A model generated the notes under the pieces. It saw only the letters and a program-made list of their open reading frames with translations. It did not search any database and had not been told where the DNA came from. A stretch of 64,000 nucleotides of DNA from Paraspadella gotoi (lineage: Eukaryota; Animalia; Chaetognatha), in contig CM119271.1 in the NCBI GenBank assembly GCA_051294375.1, positions 366,721 through 430,720 of the forward strand. The letters run 5' to 3'. Position numbers and translations under genes: made by a program. Positions 12,993 to 45,200 of the stretch are shown piece after piece (the stretch's first letter is position 1; the number at the start of each line of letters is the position of its first letter).

Positions 12993-13344
12993 TCGAACCA
13001 AGTTAAGTTAAAAATTTTCGATTCTGCTAAACGAGTTAACGGCGAAAAAGGGAAGTCGTAAATGTTCGGGGTTGTTATCTACGTCTTAAGACTACAAAAA
13101 AAAAAAAAAGAGAATAAAGCGCAAATATCGAGAGCAAGTGTCGTAAACGCTTTTTTCTAATAACGAGAAATCGTTTATCACGAAAGGTAAGTTTAAATCA
13201 TTTTTCTATATGTGTAAAAATAAAACAAAAATTCGACTAGATTCATCTTTCTTACGCTTCCTTTACTTTCAATTGCGCAGGAGTCTCGAAAGACACCTTT
13301 CTAATGAACTTGGAAAAAACTAGATAAACCCCCCGACATTTAAA

Positions 13345-16300
13345 TTAAAGTCCAAGTTCGGCCACCAGCCAGAATACGAGGTAAATGCAGAGGAAGGAGG
13401 CGAGAAAAACCCAGACGACGGAGATTGATCCCCGTTTAGGCACGTGGTGAATCTGGGCGCTGTTGTCGGCCGAGATGGAGACGAGAGAGGCGTCGTGATC
13501 GCCGACGTGGCGTCGGGCGATGGCCGACGATGGCGTGAAGGCGAGACCCGTCACGAAGATGGCGTGAGTGCCGGAGACCCAGTGGAGTTTCTGGCCGCCG
13601 GGGAGGAAGCGGGGAATAGAGGCGATGCGAAGAGACTGATAGAACCCTCTGACACGTTACTCACTTGCAAAGAGAAGGCGATGAAGATCCCGACGCTTCC
13701 GCCTCTTGTCCCGACGCCGACGAATATCCCGTCGTCCGAGACGGTCAACGTCGACAACATGTCTTTCCCCGTCGATTGGGTATTTACTGACAAAACAAAG
13801 ATATCACAACGCAAATTATTATTTCGAAATACTAAAAAATAAAATATTTATGTATATATTCTCCAAGAAACCTGGAACGTATTTAGAAGAATCCCAAAGG
13901 GTTAGGAAGTTGTCACCCTTGGACGAGATCGTTTTGGGGCAGTGAATGGTGAAAAGGCGGTGGCGGCCTGGGGAGGGTTTCACGCCGGGCGGTGGGGTGA
14001 CGATGCCGAAGCGACATCCGCGGAATCTTAAAATGTTTCGTAAAATAATAAACTGTGGCAGCAAGACTTAAAGCTGCCTCACTGCTGTCCGTCCTCAGCC
14101 TCGTCTCAATGGCTGAGCAGGCTAAATCATCTCATTCCATCCGTGCGTCCCGGGTTCAATCCCTGGGTATCCCGGTTCTGGCTTAAATGTGACGGTGCCG
14201 GTATAAACATGCCAGTGACAGGAGGCGGTCACTGAGGGTCCGCAGCCCCTACGCCAGTTGGTGAGATACCCCACGCCCCGGGTATCACAGGCTATCCTCC
14301 CGTTGCCATAAAACATTATTTACGGCATCGCGCACCGATAATTCTCTTTGATCCATTCCAACTCGCCGCGTTTGGCGCCGTCTTTGGCCGCGACCACGGA
14401 TCCTTTCGTATCACTGGCGCCGACGGTGACGACGAGCACGCCGTCAGGAGAGACGTCGAGGTCGACCACGTCGCATCCGGGGTGGACCTCTTTGCTGCGA
14501 TGCATCGGAAACAATGAGTAAGTTAACTTTAAAGAAAATTTTCTCGGTCCCACCGTAGCACTCACCAATAAAGGGGTTCGGTTTCCACATCGGGAAAGTT
14601 CCAGCACCGTAATTTGCCATCCGTTCCCGCGGTAAAGAAGCGTCCCCTGTCCGGCGCGAACCGGACGACTTTCTGATAGGAGTCACCTTCCTTCTTCGAA
14701 TCGAAGTAATCCGTCCGCACGGACGCAATCGGGACAACGTCGAAGGAGACGTTAGAAGAGTTCGTCGAGCCTAAAAAAAAAAAGTTTCCTAAAGAAAAAT
14801 AAGTTTCCCTCCATGCGCCTGTTCGAAGCACCTCGTAGACCGATGTAGCCGTTCTTGTCGACCCCGTTTTTCTCTTCGGTGTCCCCGGCACCCTTTCTTT
14901 GCCTGACCCCGCTCCCGGCGGCGTCGCGGCGTTCCTTCCCCGAAACTTTGGCGTTCGTCTCATTGAGCTTTTCAGTCTTCGTTCCATTCTTCTTTTCCTC
15001 ATCTTCATCTTCCTCTTCTTCTTCCTCCAATTTGTATCTGAGCGAGAATAGGTGACAGTCCCGTCCCATCCCCGCGGCCAGGACAGTACGTCGCTCGTCG
15101 GCGAACACGGCCGCGTTCATGATCGGCTCCGACAGGTTGACTTCCGGTTGGAAGCGAAGGACGCGGCGAACGTTGCCGAGTTCGAAGCGGAACACCTGGG
15201 ATTAGAGTTAACGACTTGGAATCGCCTTGTAAATACATTTATGTAGATTTACCGATTGGAGATGGAATACTCCATGAAACAGGAGAAATATTGATTATAG
15301 CATTAATGTATTTGATGTTCAGACATGATCTTCCGACAAGATTGTCGGTCCGTCTGTCCACCCCCCCAAAGTGAATTATAGAGTCGGAATCTGTGATAAG
15401 CAGAGCCGACTAAAAACATCGATTTGGGCTTCCGTGCTAACTTTTTATTAGACCATGCCATCACAGATGAATGAAACCCGGAAACAGAGGAAAGGATTAA
15501 GGAAGAGGATTCCGGAAGAGGAAGAAGATTCTGGAATGATTTCGAACGGGATTTTGGAAGCCAAATCCAGAAAAGGAACAATAGTTTCCGGAAGAGGAAA
15601 GAAGGTTCCAGAGGATGAAGAGGGGGATTACGGAAGAGGAAACTGGCTTCGTCTACTTGCCCATTATAAATAGCCTCTGTTTCTGCTTTGATTCACTGTT
15701 TGAAAATTGACACCCTCTTCTCTTGTCTATTTTCTGATAATAAAATTCCACTTTGATTTCATATTGAAATCCCCGTCTGCTTACTTAAATGTGGTGGCAT
15801 TGGTGGCATTCGAACCCACGCCTCCAGAGAGACTGGTGATGCATGATGCATTTAAACCATTTGGCTGGTTCATTTTTCAAGGACAAAAATAAACCAGCCA
15901 AATGGTTTGAATGCATGGTCTAATAAAAAATTCGCACTGTATCCCAAATAGATTTTTTTTTTTAATTCAGAGTTAAATATAAATTAAAGTTTGAAATTGA
16001 TTACAACAACGAATTTATTAATTGAAGGCAAGTTTTGAGGGATAGATAAGTATATGGTAAAGTAAAAGTATAAGAATTAAGATAGAGCTCAAAATGAGCT
16101 GGCCCCCTTTGTTTTTTGCAAATGAAGGGTCAGAACGATGGTGTCGGGTCATTGACGTGTCAGTGGCTGAGAAGACAGTGTCTCTCTGGCCTGGTACGCC
16201 TGCCGACTTCAATTAATAAACTCGTTGTTGTAATCAATTTCAAACTCTTCTACCTCGACGGCGTTGGGAATCCCCGTCTTGGCGCCGCCGCCGCCGCCGG

Positions 16301-16388
16301 CGACCAAAAAGTGTTTGTCGTCGATGAACTGAAGAGTGTAGAGGGGAAAGTCGAAGCGGGAGAGGACAGCGCCCATTGGCGGCGCCAT
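13345..16388 (-). CDS. PREB: Prolactin regulatory element-binding protein / Sec12 (Sar1 GEF)
   Basis: Exon 1 (16388-16254) MAPPMGAVLSRFDFPLYT..LVAGGGGGAKTGIPN carries the Sec12 K-loop. Further exons ~15195-14830 (donor uncertain), 14770-14575, ~14494-14335, ~14026-13872, ~13786-13665, ~13590-13345. WD-like repeats, SISADN and a C-terminal TM anchor. Confidence 0.9.
14054..14310. mobile_element. Solo LTR (TGTGG...GCCATA family), 4-bp TSD AAAC
   Basis: aaac|tgtggca...gttgccata|aaac; shares ccagtgacaggaggc with copies at 36613 and 56326. Confidence 0.8.
15460..15791 (+). mobile_element. LTR-like fragment followed by an extended tRNA-Leu PBS
   Basis: TATAAA (15666) and AATAAA (15739) precede TGGTGGCA..; inserted in a hairpin MITE-like repeat. 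Confidence 0.5.
15792..15838 (-). pseudogene. tRNA-Leu 3' half including templated CCA (reverse-transcribed fragment)
   Basis: Minus strand reads CACCAGTCTCTCTGGAGGCGTGGGTTCGAATGCCACCAATGCCACCA: anticodon 3' stem, long Leu variable arm, T-loop GGTTCGAAT, CCA end. Confidence 0.8.
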
Positions 16389-17262
16389 CTCGCTCTCTGG
16401 CCCGCTAGGTTATTAAATAAGTTATTAAATAGACGCAGGATGAACTCAAAACGTTTTCATGTCTTTTTCTGAAAACAAAATGTACATAGTGAAGAGGCCT
16501 TCTCGAAAGCGAGCGCGTTTTTCGGGATAACAACTTTAGTAAACAAAAAACAGAGAAAAAAATTGCAAAAAACTTTGTAGGTTTAACGAATTTTCAACAG
16601 AAAATTGTCAAACTTTGTTGGATGATTGATGTATAGATAATACATTTAAGAAGGTGGAGTCACAAAAAAAACCGTATAATTATGAAGATAAACTAATTCG
16701 GACGAGTAAAAAAGAAATAGATAATTGGAGTAGCTTCAGTAAATTGAGGGAGATAGTAATACTGAAAAAATGATTCGCACAATTTAGCCTTAAACTGCTT
16801 GTGTCACAAGCTGCAATAATAAAAGTAAAAACACAAAAATAACGAGATCTATAACATATATTAATATTATCAATAAGGTATGTATAAAACAATGTTTAAA
16901 AATATAAACTCTAAAGGCTTTATTTTTTTCTACTACGAGGAATGAACTACATTCCATTCATATAATTCGCTAATGGATACAAATAATAACTGATAAAACT
17001 GACTAAACTAAACGTTGCAACAGATGAAAACAATTACTAAAAAAAGACGCAATCAGAAAGAGAGAGTTGGCCAGGCACAAATTGGCCGTCCATCGTTATA
17101 TAAAATAAACGGGGACAACAATTTAGCATTTTGCTCTTATCTTTAAAACGTTTTAATCTCCATCGAACAATCGTTACAGCCGCAGGGTTTCCTCGTTTTA
17201 CCTCTCAAAGTCATCAATCTGCCTTCCCCCCCCCCCCCCGCCCCCAATCCAACGCAATCCAA

Positions 17263-37062
<19,800 letters not shown>

Positions 37063-39295
37063 TGTTAACTTTCCAACTTTTTTATTTTTCAGTTTTTTTT
37101 TTGTTTTTTTTGTTTTTTTGTTTTGCTTTTTTGCTTTTTGTTTTAAGTTTTCTGTTACACTTAGAGTTGGTAAATAAACTGCGGAATGTAATTTAATTTG
37201 GATTACGATTATATCTTTTACGTTCAGATTACACAATGGTTTAAAATAAAAAGAGCTTTTTAATCTCGATAAAGTAGCGAGTAGTTGAGTAGAAATTGAC
37301 ATTTGTAATGGCGGCCGTTTCTCCGTTTTTAATTTGATTTCAAGGAAAAATCACAGGTTAAAAAAGAATCCGACGTGAAAAGAATATCGATTATAACTGG
37401 AAGGAAAATTTTACCAAAAGAGTAAAAGTGGGCAAGATAATCGGCAATAAAAAAATTGAATGCATTTTTAAGACTCGAGAGTCAATTTCATCAGTTGAGC
37501 GGAAAAACACGCTGGTCGTGCGTTTAATAACTAATAGTTTAGACCTATAAAACACCAAATATTTTTTAAAAGAATGGGCCAATAGCAAATACCAGGTGAA
37601 AAAAATATATTTTGTCAGAATCATGAATCTATACAAGCAAATTCAGTCTTATGAACAAAATCCAAAATTTAAAATAACTGTTTTAAAACACAAAATAAAA
37701 ACAAAAAATCGTCGGATTCGCCCCCCCCCCCAAAAAAAAAACATAATAATGCCACAATTTCAAACTGTGAGATCTGAGATCTGACGTGAGGAATGCCAGG
37801 GATAAATAGCTTTACAAACTACATTAAAAAATCATAGAAGTATAGTGATCTCGCGAAGACGTTACTATCAAAGAAAATTAATGAAAAAAAATGAATGATT
37901 GATGCGATGATTGATGTAATAGTAATTGATTGATGTAATAGTAATTAATTGATGTAATAGTAATTGATTGATTTATATAATAATAATTGATCGATTGATG
38001 TAATAGTAATTGATTATTGATGCGATGATACCCAAATATTGATGCGATGATAACCAAATATTAATGTAATGATAACCAGATGATGAATGCGATGATAATC
38101 ATTCATTGATACGATGATAGTCAGTCATTGACGCGATGATAGTCATTCATTGACGCGATGATGTATCTTTTGTCAGGGGTTGCATATCAAAATTCGCCTC
38201 GATAGTTCCATTTATATAGTCATTAGCACTAAATGTAAAATTTCATTAAATTCGATCGGGTAGTTTGGTGGGAACAGGTTCTGGTCACAAAAAATGGGTA
38301 CCACATTTTATAATATGAAGCATTCTGTAATACATCTTACATTTACATTTAATAGAAAAAAAGAGGCATAATCAATTAGTGAAACAGGTTTTTTGTTTTT
38401 TCCATTTAAACTCATTTCTACTTGCATGATTCCATCGAAACTTTATATGCAGCTCAATCATTCCAATCCATCCATCCAATCACAAATAATTTGAGTTTTT
38501 TGCTAAGGTGGGACGGACGTACGGACAGAGACGGACTTTTTTCCCCTAAATTTATCATAATTCGATATTCTGACATATAAGTGAATGCCCGACAAGAATT
38601 AGGAGGCAGACCGAGGTACCGACAAAGTGAATAATAGAATCGGGATCTGTTGATAAGCAGATACGATTAAAAAGATAGAAGCTGGACAGCCACTGCAGAA
38701 CGAACTCGCTTTTAGACGAATCAGAAGAAGCTGCGACGGAAAAAGAGAGAGAGAGCGACATATAATTAAAAGAGAGAGAAAAAGAGAGCAGAGCTGAACT
38801 CGTCTTTATATATAAAAATTCTTTAGTAAATAAATCAAACAAATGAGTGTAGGAATATGAAACAACAATTTAAGAGAACTTAATAATGAGAAACCATATC
38901 TAAATTTTCAGCTTCTTATATTATGGTTATGTATATACAGTGTATATACACGAGCTATTTTAAATGTTAAAACAGCGTAACGACAACGACGACTACGATC
39001 AAAAAAAGCAGAAACGAATTAACATATCGCCCAAGTCGAACATTCGCCCATCTGGCGAGATAAAAATCTAACGACGAAAGCGCAACTTAACCTAAAAGAC
39101 TGCGCGACATTATCTCCAGGTACGAAGAGATAAGCAAGGTTGAAAACTGACTACGAGAGCACGAGTTAAAAAAGACAATGCGCTATCTCTTTTTCACTAA
39201 ACCCGCGGGTAAAGAGACAAAATTTCCAAGGATGACGTCAACACCCCGCGGGTAGATAATAAAAATTCGGGGCGCACCTTTCCCCAGTCAAGAGT

Positions 39296-42200
39296 TTAGA
39301 GTCGCGTTGACGATCCGATGTGATGAGAGCAATTCGGACATCGATGGTGCATGTCTTTGGTTGAATCCATGCAGAAGGGAATAAAGCAACAGCCCGCGTC
39401 GCAGCCTATGGATGAAAAACAGTACCGAAGGCTTCAAATTATAAAATGTGGTACCCCTTTTTTGTGACCAGAACTCGTTCCGAGAAAACTACTGGACCAA
39501 ATTTATTGAAATTTGGAATGAATGATCCCTATGTGAATACTAAAAAAACTATCGAGGCAAATTTCCATATTTGACCGCTGAGCCGAAATATGGGCCCCCC
39601 GGGGGGTCACCCAGAGGGGCAAAAAATGGTCAAAAATTTTTTGCAAATTTTTGTTTTGAACGTATTTATTACCTCAAAAATAATCATTTACCTTAATGTT
39701 TACACGGTTCCTTTTTACATCGATTTAATCGGCATCGAGTGCACAAGAATGAGATGTCCCGGGATATGTTTCCGGACCTTTGGGCTACACAAAAAAAGGG
39801 TAAACAAATTTTTCCTAATGACAGTTTTTTTATAAATTAATATTTTAGAGATGAAACGAAAAATTCGTTGTAATAGCAATTTTTATTTTTATTATTGAAT
39901 TCACTTGCTGATGAAGACTCGTAAAACTAAGAGTCGAAACATGTACAATAATAAAAATAAAAATTGCTATTACAACAAATTTTTCGTTTCATCTCTAAAC
40001 TATTTTAAATAGCAAAAAAGTCAAAATACAATGTAAATTAATATTAAAATTAGCTATATAAAATCAATAAAGTAGAATAAAAACAAGTTTGAGCAAACAA
40101 TGTCGGATCTGCCTACGATAATTAATTAATTAATAGATTAATTAATTAATTTTAATAATTAATTTTAATTTATATTCAGCTTGTCATCATCGATGACCTT
40201 AAAATTGAGTCAGGATTACTGTAATTTTATCAGTAATTTTTGGATTTTGTCAAAAGTAAGTAAAATATAGCAGTCAGAATTACTAAAAATAAAAGAAGTT
40301 ATAAAATTATTATAATTGAGAAGGATACAACTGACCAGCAGCTATTAAAAGCATCATGAACAATTAATTAAAAATTATGTTTATTATGCTAAAAAAATTC
40401 AAAGTTATAAAATTTTTTCATATATTTAATTATTTAAATTATTTATTTCTATATCAAAACATAATCATAATAAACTTACTATATATGTATTTGAAGGCCT
40501 ATATTAGGTAGGTAAGTCCCTTATAATATAAAATTTTTTTCAATCATTTGGCATAGTTATAATTTTTTTTTAATTTAAATTATTTGAAAAAAAATTAAAA
40601 ATATATTTTATATAAAGAAAAATTAATTACAAATAAACTATTAAAGATAGGAATAAATGGTTATGGACTCAAACGAAAGGAAATTGTTCATAGATTATGG
40701 ATGATGCATGATATTTTCATTTTTTAAAAAAATTTTAACCATTTTTTATTTTTTTATTCTTTATTGATTTTATATATCTAAATTTTAATATTAATTTATA
40801 AAAAACTGTCATTAGGAAAAAAATTTGTTTACCCTTTTTTGTGTAAGCCAAAGGTCCGGAAACATATTCCCGGGACATCTCATTCTTGTGCACTCGATGC
40901 GATTAAATCGATGTAAAAAGGACCGTGTTTAGCTTCATGAACATCAGCAGTTAAAGTCAGATTTGGAATCGTGAGGAGGAGGAGGCGACGCGAAGATCTT
41001 CTTCCCCCTCCCATTTCGCTTCCTTCTCCTTTTCGATCGGGGGCTTCGCGCAGCCACGAGATTTTTCCATTTCTAGTTTCACTTCCCACTTTCTCTCTCT
41101 CCCGTTAAGACCTATTTCACGTTCCTCTGTAATTTTTATTATTTTCGTGTTCGTTTATTTCATTATATACGCTTCACCACTACCTCTCGTGTGTTACTTT
41201 AGCCAGAGTCTTATTTCAGGGTGGCGCCCAATGTGGAGACTTGTTCTCCAACCACGATCCGCCCTGGATCTCTTTATACTATTCTAATTTCAACAAAAAA
41301 AACCTTTTTCCTCGAAATTCAACTCCGTAGCTTTTTTTTCTCTCTTTTGTTTCGACTCCAAAACTTTTTTTTCTCCTCCAAAATTTCCGAATTCATTATT
41401 TTTCAAAATCTTTTCTTTTTCTCTCCTTTTTTTTCCTTCGACTTTCGAATTTTTTTTCTCTCTCTCCCGACCCTTCCCGTCGACTTCCTAATTTCTCTCT
41501 TCTTTCTCTCTTCCCTTCCTCTTTCTCCCCCCTCTACGTCTCCTATTACCAAAATAAACCGAAAGAATAGAAGCGGGTATAGCCGTTAGGAAGAGGACCT
41601 TAACCGAAACCTTCCTCCCTGGGTACCAGGAGACGGCCAGGAGACGGCCAGGAGACGTGGAGGCTGACCGGAAACGGTCTAAGCAGACGTGGAGACCGTC
41701 AGGAGACGGCCCAGGAGACGTGGAGGCTGACCGGAAACGGTCTAAGCAGATGTGGAGACCGTCCGGAGACGGTCCAGGAGACGTGGAGGCTGACCGGGAG
41801 ATGTCTAAGCAGACGTGGAGACCGTCAGGAGACGGTCCATGGAGGACGTGGAGGACCGTCAGGAGACGGTCTAAGCAGACGTGCGAGACCGTCAGGAGAC
41901 GGTCCAGGAGACGTGGAGACCGTCAGGAGACGGTCCAGGAGGACGTGGAGACCGTCAGGAGACGGTCCAGGAGGACGTGGAGACCGTCAGGAGACGGTCC
42001 AGGAGGACGTGGAGCCGACCGGAAACGGTCTAAGGAGACGTGGAGGCCGTCCGGAGAGCGTCCAAGGAGACGTGGAGGCCGACTGGGAAACGGTCTAAGG
42101 AGACGTGGAGGCCGTCCGGAAACGGTCCATGGAGACGTGGAGGCCGACCGGAAACGATCCGGAGTGACGAGGAGATTGACTAGGACCAACCCAAGGAGAC

Positions 42201-45200
42201 AAGGAGGCCAACCTGGTCCAACCCAAGGAGACGAGGAGGCCGACCAGGACCGACCCAAGCTGACGAGGAGATCACCGGGGAGCGACCCGGCTAGACAAGG
42301 AGGCCGACCAGGCCTAAGCAGGAGAGCCGGTAAAGACGCTCATTTAGCGCACGGCCACGCCCACCACTCCAACCAGGAGGCGCCACGCCAGTTTCCGGTT
42401 CCATCGTCGTACCCGCCGGCCCCCATTTGAGACGCCAAGCCCACGTTAGGTCTCGCAGAAGTCCGTCCGAGCCGCCACGCCCGTTTCCGGTCCCGTTGAC
42501 GCTTGTCCGTGCCGCTGAGAGCATTTCCGGTCTCGTTGACGCTTGTCGCCACGCCCATCTTTGCTTTTGTCCCTCGCCGCCCGCCAGGCTGACGCCTCAT
42601 CGTGTCGATGCTGGACACGAGAATCACACAGAGAATTCTCTGAGGGAGACCGACAACCGACTGGTAGAACATGGAGGGCAAGCACAAGATTTTCATCGAA
42701 ATCCCGACCACGGTCAAGGACGGAAAACTGATGATCTCCCCGCCGCCCGGATACGCCGCCCTTGGCTTTGCCCCATATGAGGTCCCATTAGAAAAAGAAC
42801 CCGCCAAGCCGGCGCCGCCGCCGCCAAAACCGCAGCCGAAAAAGAATTAGAGAGAAAAAAATAGAACTTGAGGTCGGTCGTACCTAAAATTTTAAAGAAA
42901 ATCTCTCTCTTTCTTAACTTTCGAGATCCAGTCTTTTCTCTACGTCGCCAAATTCGTTGTTAAATTATTTTAACATTTTTCGAATTCTCCGCTGAGTCAG
43001 CAGTCACCCCCCCCTGGGCGAATTTATTTTCTCCTTATCTCGACAGCCGATGTTCGAACCCTGGGACGAGCCCTTTTTTTTTTCAAAAAAAATCACTTAC
43101 TAGAAAGTGAAAAAGGGAATGACTCATTAGCTGAGGAATGCTGACACATGACGAAAGCCCCAACGTTGTCGGCCGAGGCGAGACCTTTTGCTGGGGAACG
43201 TCGACATCTGAAGAATTGCCCATTAGCGGAGGAATGCGGACATCTGACGAATAGCCCTAACAGTTGTCGGCCGAGGTGAATTCTTTTCCCTTTGAAAAAC
43301 TTTAAAAAAAAATCCGTTCTCGGATTTAACAGATTTGGCGAGGCCCGAAGAAAATATATGGCTAACTCTTCACACTCTGAGAGAGAGAAAAAAAATAACG
43401 AGTCCACCTTGAAAAATAAATCCATTCCCGGATTTAACGGATTTGGTGAGGCGATTCCGGACAATTTACAGCGGGCGTGAGAGTGGAGAAGTTTGGAGAC
43501 GCCAACGGCAACAAAACCACGCCGCGACGTGCCGACCTGCCGACGCCTCACGCCAAAGGCTACGCCCCTTTCCGGTCCGACGCCGCCCCAAGGACTAAAA
43601 GAGGAAAAGGAGTTGAGGATTTTTTTCCATTTGTTTCGCTTCAATCATTTCGTCCAACGTCTCGCGCTAATTCCAGCGCCCACTTCCGGTCCGATTCGAC
43701 GCCGCTTCCGAGGAAAAAAGAGATAAAAGTTGAGGATCTTTTTTTACTTTCTCTCTCCCCCGACGCATGGGCCGCGACCACTTCCGGTCCTTTCGACGCC
43801 GCCCCCAAAAGAAAAGAGGAAAATTCGAGGATTTTTCTTGTTCTCTCTTCCGTGCTAACTCCAGCGCCCACTTCCGGTCCGAGTCGACGCCGCCCCCAGA
43901 AGAAAGGAAAAGAGAGAAAATTCGAGGATTTTTTTTTTTTTTACTCTCTCTTTCACGGCGAAGGCCGCGACCCCTGCCGGTCCGATTCGACGCCACTACC
44001 GAGAAAAAAAGAGAGAGAATTTGATCTTTTTTTGCTTTCTCTCTCTCCGACGCCCGTTTCCGACGCCCGTTCCCGGTCCTTTCGACGCCCATCCCCTGGA
44101 GATAAAAAGCGCCAACTTCAGGCGATTCGCCACCTTCTTTCGGAGCGTCTCTCTCTACTGGAAGCTTCCGTTCACGCCGCCCGCCCGAGACACGCCCATT
44201 TCCGCTCACTTTTCGACGCCGGCCTCCCGGAGATAAATAGACTGAAAAATAAGGATTTTTTTAAATTTCTTCTCTTCCGACATAAAGGCCACGCCCTCTT
44301 GCGGCCTCGATTCGACGCCGCCTCCGGAGATAAAGAGACTAAAAGGAGGATCTCCCAACGTCTCGCGCCAAGGCCGCGCCCACTTCCGGTCCCTTCCGAC
44401 GACTGTCCCTCGAGATAAAAGAAACTAAAACGAGAAGCCCATGGAGGCCAGTTCCACTGACTTCTTCAGACGAAAATTCGGCGTCTCCACCCTCCAGTTT
44501 CTGTTATTCTCGTCACGCCCCAATAGACGCATGATCAAAATGGCGGACGCGACAAAAGCCAATGTTGTGAAACAAAAGACGATCCTGAGAGAAAATTAAA
44601 ACGAAGAATTAAAGCCAAAAGACGAAGAGATGAAAGTGTTCCAAAGCGCCTCGTGCGGCTCCACGTCATCAACGCCGCCAACAGGAAGCCGCAGCAAGCG
44701 ACGCAGCAGCAGCTGCAGCAAACAGCATTTTCCGCATTGGTTCCATTGCAGCCGCAAGCCCGGCAGCAGATCCAGCCTCAGCTAAATGGGAGAAAGCGCG
44801 CCCGGAATCAAAGGACGAATTTGCTTAAATTGCAAATTGATCAACCGGAATCTTTCGGCGTATGAATTGGAAAAAGATCTACAGCCACGCCCACAACCGG
44901 CGTCAAATTGACGGGCGGCGCCGTCATGAAAGCGGCGTCTTTCGCCGCCAACTGTAATATATTTGTGTATATTTGCAAGACAAATTATATCATTCAAGTT
45001 TTCAATATTCTCACCAATGAATTTTATTACGCGCTTGTCCCTATGGTGCCGACCAAGTGGAACCGACGGCGCTGAAGACGATCGCCGCTGTTTTAGAGAA
45101 AGAATTCGTGAAAAGCATTTTGGAGAAACTTAAGATGACCATTGGCTACACCAACGCCCATTTCCGGCCATTTCAGAAGAATTCGAATTTAGTTGAAAAA

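Noticed and set aside
12069-13842. Plus-strand ORFs overlapping CTR1 and PREB (similar cases over CTPS and AMFR)
   Set aside because: Antisense shadows of GC-rich coding exons.
14771-14840. Possible non-canonical (GA-AG) intron in PREB
   Set aside because: Phase-compatible GT donors (G|gtgctt, G|gtctac) exist just upstream; cannot be resolved without transcripts.
15792-15838. Functional tRNA-Leu gene
   Set aside because: The 5' half and anticodon are absent and CCA is templated.
41657-42430. 257-aa ORF and overlapping ORFs; CRISPR-like appearance
   Set aside because: Translation of a degenerate tandem array with no unique spacers and no cas genes, in a eukaryotic context.
43477-44418. 313-aa ORF as gag
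   Set aside because: Composed of degenerate repeats with homopolymer runs; no CCHC knuckle or capsid motif recognised.
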